Source of the DNA: a virus | Lineage: Duplodnaviria > Caudoviricetes | Reading direction: 5' to 3' (one strand) | IMG/VR virus record: IMGVR_UViG_3300046007_006392 | Location: 1-27,127 of that record | DNA length: 27,127 nt | In this document: positions 24,376 to 27,127 of the stretch, one piece after another | Layout: every line of letters starts with the position of its first letter | How positions within the stretch are numbered: the first letter of the stretch is position 1 | Program-made: the position numbers and the translations under genes | The notes under the pieces: generated by a model | Databases searched by the model: none | Told to the model about the DNA's origin: nothing | The model's input: only the letters and a program-made list of their open reading frames with translations

Positions 24376-25568
24376 GCCGCCTCCTGGGTCTTGCTCCTGC
24401 TGTACGCAGTGATGGTCGCGGCCGCGCGCACGATGGCCTGCTCGGCTTCGTCATCCGTGACAGCAAGGCCGTGCGCAACGAACATGACGATCTCCTTGGC
24501 GTGCTTCAGCTCCAGCTCCTGCTTGACCCTGCTCTCAGCGGCTTCGCGTGCCGCGCGCTTGGCCTCCTCGGCGCGCTCAGCAGCCAGGCGCTCGGCCTCC
24601 TCGGCGCGGCGCCTGGCCTCGACCTCGGCCGCGATGCGAGCCTGCTGCTCGGCCAGCTCACGACGCTGCTGATCCAGCAGGGTCTGCGCCTCAGCTTTCT
24701 CGGCCTCGAACGCATCCTGCTGCGCCTTCATGAAGGCCTCGCGCTCAGCCGCCAGGCGGCGGGCGTTGGCGTTGGCTTCGTCGATTGCCTTCTGCGCGGC
24801 CAGTGCTGCCTCAGCGGCGGCGCGCGCGGCGGCCTGCTGCTGCTCCTGGCGCTGGCGCTCGAGCTCAGCGGCCTGCGCGGCCTGCTCGGCGCGGATGCGC
24901 TCGATCTCGGCGCGTTCGGCAGCCAGGCGCTCGGCCTCTTGCTCGCGCTCCAGGGCCGCGTCGTGCAGCATGCGCAGCTGCTCGAGCGACGTGGTCTTCG
25001 CATCCTGGGCGTGCGGCTGAAACTCCTGGAACGACTCGTCGACCACGAGCGCGTCGAGTTCGACGATCGCCAGCGCGACATCAGGCGACGCCTTGCCGGC
25101 GGCGGCAATGGGCGCCGCGGCGATTTCTTCGACACGGGCGCGCAGGGCGGCCACGCGATCCTGCTCAGCCTTGACGCGGGCCTGGCGCTCCTCTTCCCGG
25201 CGCTGCTCTTCGACCTTGATCTGCTGATCGATCGGGCCCTCGATCTCCAGGATCTGCCCGGTGATGTACTCGGCGCGCTCGCTGATGTTGCGCTTGATCT
25301 CGTTGAGCGGCTTCTTGGCGGCATCGAGTGCGCGCTGCACTGCGTAGCGCGGCTCGCGGATCTCGAAGCGGGCAGCCTTCGCTTCGTCCATGCCCTTGGT
25401 GGTGCGCACGTCGAAGACGACGTCCTTGTACTTGGAGCGAAGCTCGGTCAGGCCGGCCTGAACCTTCTCGAATTCCGTCAGCGTGGTGCTGATCAGGGCA
25501 AGGCTGCGCTGGGCTTCGGTGGGCTCCGGCGCGGATACCGCGACTTCCGCGGTGTTGGTGCTGCTCAT
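24372..25568 (-). CDS. Ala/Glu/Arg-rich coiled-coil early protein, 398 aa
   Basis: RBS AGGAG; long heptad-rich sequence; first gene after the promoter. Confidence 0.8.
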   Translation of the reverse strand: MSSTNTAEVAVSAPEPTEAQRSLALISTTLTEFEKVQAGLTELRSKYKDVVFDVRTTKGMDEAKAARFEIREPRYAVQRALDAAKKPLNEIKRNISERAEYITGQILEIEGPIDQQIKVEEQRREEERQARVKAEQDRVAALRARVEEIAAAPIAAAGKASPDVALAIVELDALVVDESFQEFQPHAQDAKTTSLEQLRMLHDAALEREQEAERLAAERAEIERIRAEQAAQAAELERQRQEQQQAAARAAAEAALAAQKAIDEANANARRLAAEREAFMKAQQDAFEAEKAEAQTLLDQQRRELAEQQARIAAEVEARRRAEEAERLAAERAEEAKRAAREAAESRVKQELELKHAKEIVMFVAHGLAVTDDEAEQAIVRAAATITAYSRSKTQEAA

Positions 25569-25622
25569 AGTGACTCCTGGCGTTTCGTAAGTTGACTCGG
25601 TCTGTTCTCAACAGACGGGCTC

Positions 25623-25650
25623 ATTATCCAACAAATTGTTGGCGGCACAA
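25623..25650 (-). promoter_or_regulatory. Sigma70-like promoter with operator palindrome CCAACA-AAT-TGTTGG (25628-25642) in the spacer
   Basis: Minus strand TTGTGC-16 nt-GATAAT with an upstream T tract; same layout as the promoter at 20591-20618. Confidence 0.75.
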
Positions 25651-25672
25651 CAAAAAAATAATCCCGAGAGAA

Positions 25673-26047
25673 TTACTCGGAGACCCGGAACGTCTGGTTG
25701 ATTGCCAGGATCTGCTGCTGCCGCATGCCGCTCGTGCCGGCCAGGTGGAACACGCTCGCGGGCCTGCGCTTCTGGCGCTCCCGGTATCGGCGAGACACGA
25801 CCTTGCCGGGCGTGGGGCGCGGCCTGGGCGCGTCTTCGCCGTCTCCAACCAGCCACACTTGCCGCGGGTAGACGCGGCCGCGTTCGGCCTCGCGCCGCCA
25901 CGCTGCAATGCGGATGGCGCCATCGCGGCGCAGGCCCCGAAGGTGCGCGCGCACCGTCTCGCGGCTCAGGCCCAGCTCATCGCAGACCTCGTGGCACGTC
26001 ATGCTGCCGTGCTCCGTGAGCACAGCCAGTACGGATGCCTTGGTCAC
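25673..26047 (-). CDS. Winged-HTH DNA-binding protein, 124 aa
   Basis: MTCHEVCDELGLSRETVRAHLRGL HTH, then VW...GDGEDAPRP; GTGA overlap. Confidence 0.75.
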   Translation of the reverse strand: MTKASVLAVLTEHGSMTCHEVCDELGLSRETVRAHLRGLRRDGAIRIAAWRREAERGRVYPRQVWLVGDGEDAPRPRPTPGKVVSRRYRERQKRRPASVFHLAGTSGMRQQQILAINQTFRVSE

Positions 26048-26295
26048 CGGCCCTTCTCCCACTCTTCGGCCTCGTAGCTGTTGCGCAACGTGGAGTAGCG
26101 CCACCTCGCCCTCTGGGCCTCGTTCATCGCCAGGTATCGCTCCTTGCGCAGGCGCTTCGCCTTGCGCGCATCCCAGTGGGACCATGCCCACGCGATCAGG
26201 ATCAAGACCAGGATGGCGGCGCCGATGTAGATGGCGCCACCCTCCCAGAACCATTTCTCGAGGGGGTTGCGGTACGCGATGATGGAATCACTCAT
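26044..26295 (-). CDS. Small single-pass membrane protein, 83 aa
   Basis: Hydrophobic IYIGAAILVLILIAWAW followed by a basic stretch. Confidence 0.65.
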   Translation of the reverse strand: MSDSIIAYRNPLEKWFWEGGAIYIGAAILVLILIAWAWSHWDARKAKRLRKERYLAMNEAQRARWRYSTLRNSYEAEEWEKGR

Positions 26296-26779
26296 GGTTC
26301 TTCTCCTTCAGCTTGGCCTCGATAGCATGAGAGAGTTCCGTCATCGACAGCGGCAGCGGTGGCCTCCGCTGAAAACGCTTCTCTCTTTCCAGTTGGATCA
26401 CGCTCTGTATTTCCTCCTCCGTCAGCGACTGCCACTCGCGGCGAGGAGCCCGCCCATCCGGCGCGACCGCCTGGCCTACCGGCGCAGCGCGCCCCATGCT
26501 GTACGCCTCATCCATCAGCCTGTACAGGTCTTCGTAGGCGAGCCAATACCCGCGCACGCTGAACACCTCGCCCTGCGGCTCCCACCGTTGGGACCATGTG
26601 CCGCCGCGCATGACGTCGCCAGCGATGCTGTGCGCCACCTTGTCGGCCATGATCTGCTTGATCTCTTGCTCAGGGTCAAAGAAGCGAGAGCTCATCACGA
26701 CCGCGTGGCTGATTGTGTGATCGCATGCGATACCCCTCAGGCGGCTGATGCGCTCGCGAATCTCGTAGTTGGTTCTCAT
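26288..26779 (-). CDS. Hypothetical phage protein, 163 aa
   Basis: Ends with a WQSLTEEEI...AIEAKLKEKN module typical of variable early genes. Confidence 0.7.
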   Translation of the reverse strand: MRTNYEIRERISRLRGIACDHTISHAVVMSSRFFDPEQEIKQIMADKVAHSIAGDVMRGGTWSQRWEPQGEVFSVRGYWLAYEDLYRLMDEAYSMGRAAPVGQAVAPDGRAPRREWQSLTEEEIQSVIQLEREKRFQRRPPLPLSMTELSHAIEAKLKEKNHE

Positions 26780-27117
26780 GCGTCAGCTCCCTTCGGCTTG
26801 GCCATACAGAGGGCGAACTCCACTCCAGGCTCAAGCGTGAGAGACCGAGCGAAAAAGATGTCCGCGCCCATGTCCGGCCGAATCTTCATGCAGCCAAAGA
26901 ACTCCCACTCCAGCCGCTCCGGCTGCGTCACCTTCGCCCTCGCCGCGTTGAGCGCCCGCAGCTTCGCGTCGATGTCGGCCACGGGCTCGCGCATGAAGTC
27001 GATGCTGATGCCGTGCTGCGCCCCGTGCGCCTCGCCGTCGTCGTAGTACGCGCCAGGAATCCCCGCGCGCGCCGCCAGAAGCCGGCGCAGGTAGCGCTCA
27101 TCTGCCGACGCTGGCAT
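26776..27117 (-). CDS. Hypothetical phage protein, may extend beyond the window
   Basis: YYDDGE...IDFMR motif; ATGA overlap with the downstream gene. Confidence 0.6.
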   Translation of the reverse strand: MPASADERYLRRLLAARAGIPGAYYDDGEAHGAQHGISIDFMREPVADIDAKLRALNAARAKVTQPERLEWEFFGCMKIRPDMGADIFFARSLTLEPGVEFALCMAKPKGADA

Positions 27118-27127
27118 GCCGTCGGCC

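Noticed and set aside
24372-25568. TolA or tape-measure annotation for the coiled-coil protein
   Set aside because: Similarity would be compositional only; no membrane anchor, and it lies in the early operon.
23710-25595. Plus-strand ORFs of 320 aa and 410 aa
   Set aside because: Antisense shadows of recT and the coiled-coil gene.
25651-25680. Terminator CCGAG-N7-CTCGG before the T tract on the minus strand
   Set aside because: Only a 5-bp stem, separated from the T run, which may instead be the promoter UP element; too weak to call.
15649-26254. Long N-terminal extensions in the ORF track (15649-16233, 17522-18733, 19079-19657, 19411-20205, 20946-22028, 25673-26254)
   Set aside because: They overlap real upstream genes in other frames; internal starts with stop/start coupling fit better.

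Overview
A ~27 kb GC-rich segment of a temperate tailed phage, apparently in its free or excised form because an intact attP lies mid-window with phage genes on both sides. The host is probably a betaproteobacterium (inferred from the tRNA-Cys fragment and gene content). Left (+ strand, 1-14033): the end of the late operon, with virion fibre-type genes followed by a 3203-aa polyvalent protein. This protein is a string of nine effector-like cassettes (five ADP-ribosyltransferase-like, one GNAT, one ParB/Srx-like, two uncharacterised) joined by ten copies of a short (D)I(R/T)xSx(D/K)R-like linker, partly conserved at DNA level, on a C-terminal PLxRFG body. Middle (14040-15906): terminator, a small membrane ORF with its own promoter, attP (3' part of tRNA-Cys flanked by two IHF-like sites and a terminator), tyrosine integrase and a convergent excisionase-like gene. 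Right (- strand, 15903-27117): a tightly coupled early operon with a MazG-like pyrophosphatase, dNMP kinase, RdgC, HNH-like protein, SSB, RNA ligase, YqaJ exonuclease, RecT and HTH proteins, plus a recurring CCAACA-N3-TGTTGG operator and two candidate structured RNAs. The best candidate for a new system is the repeat-punctuated effector cassette array. All family assignments are from motif recognition by eye; no searches were run.
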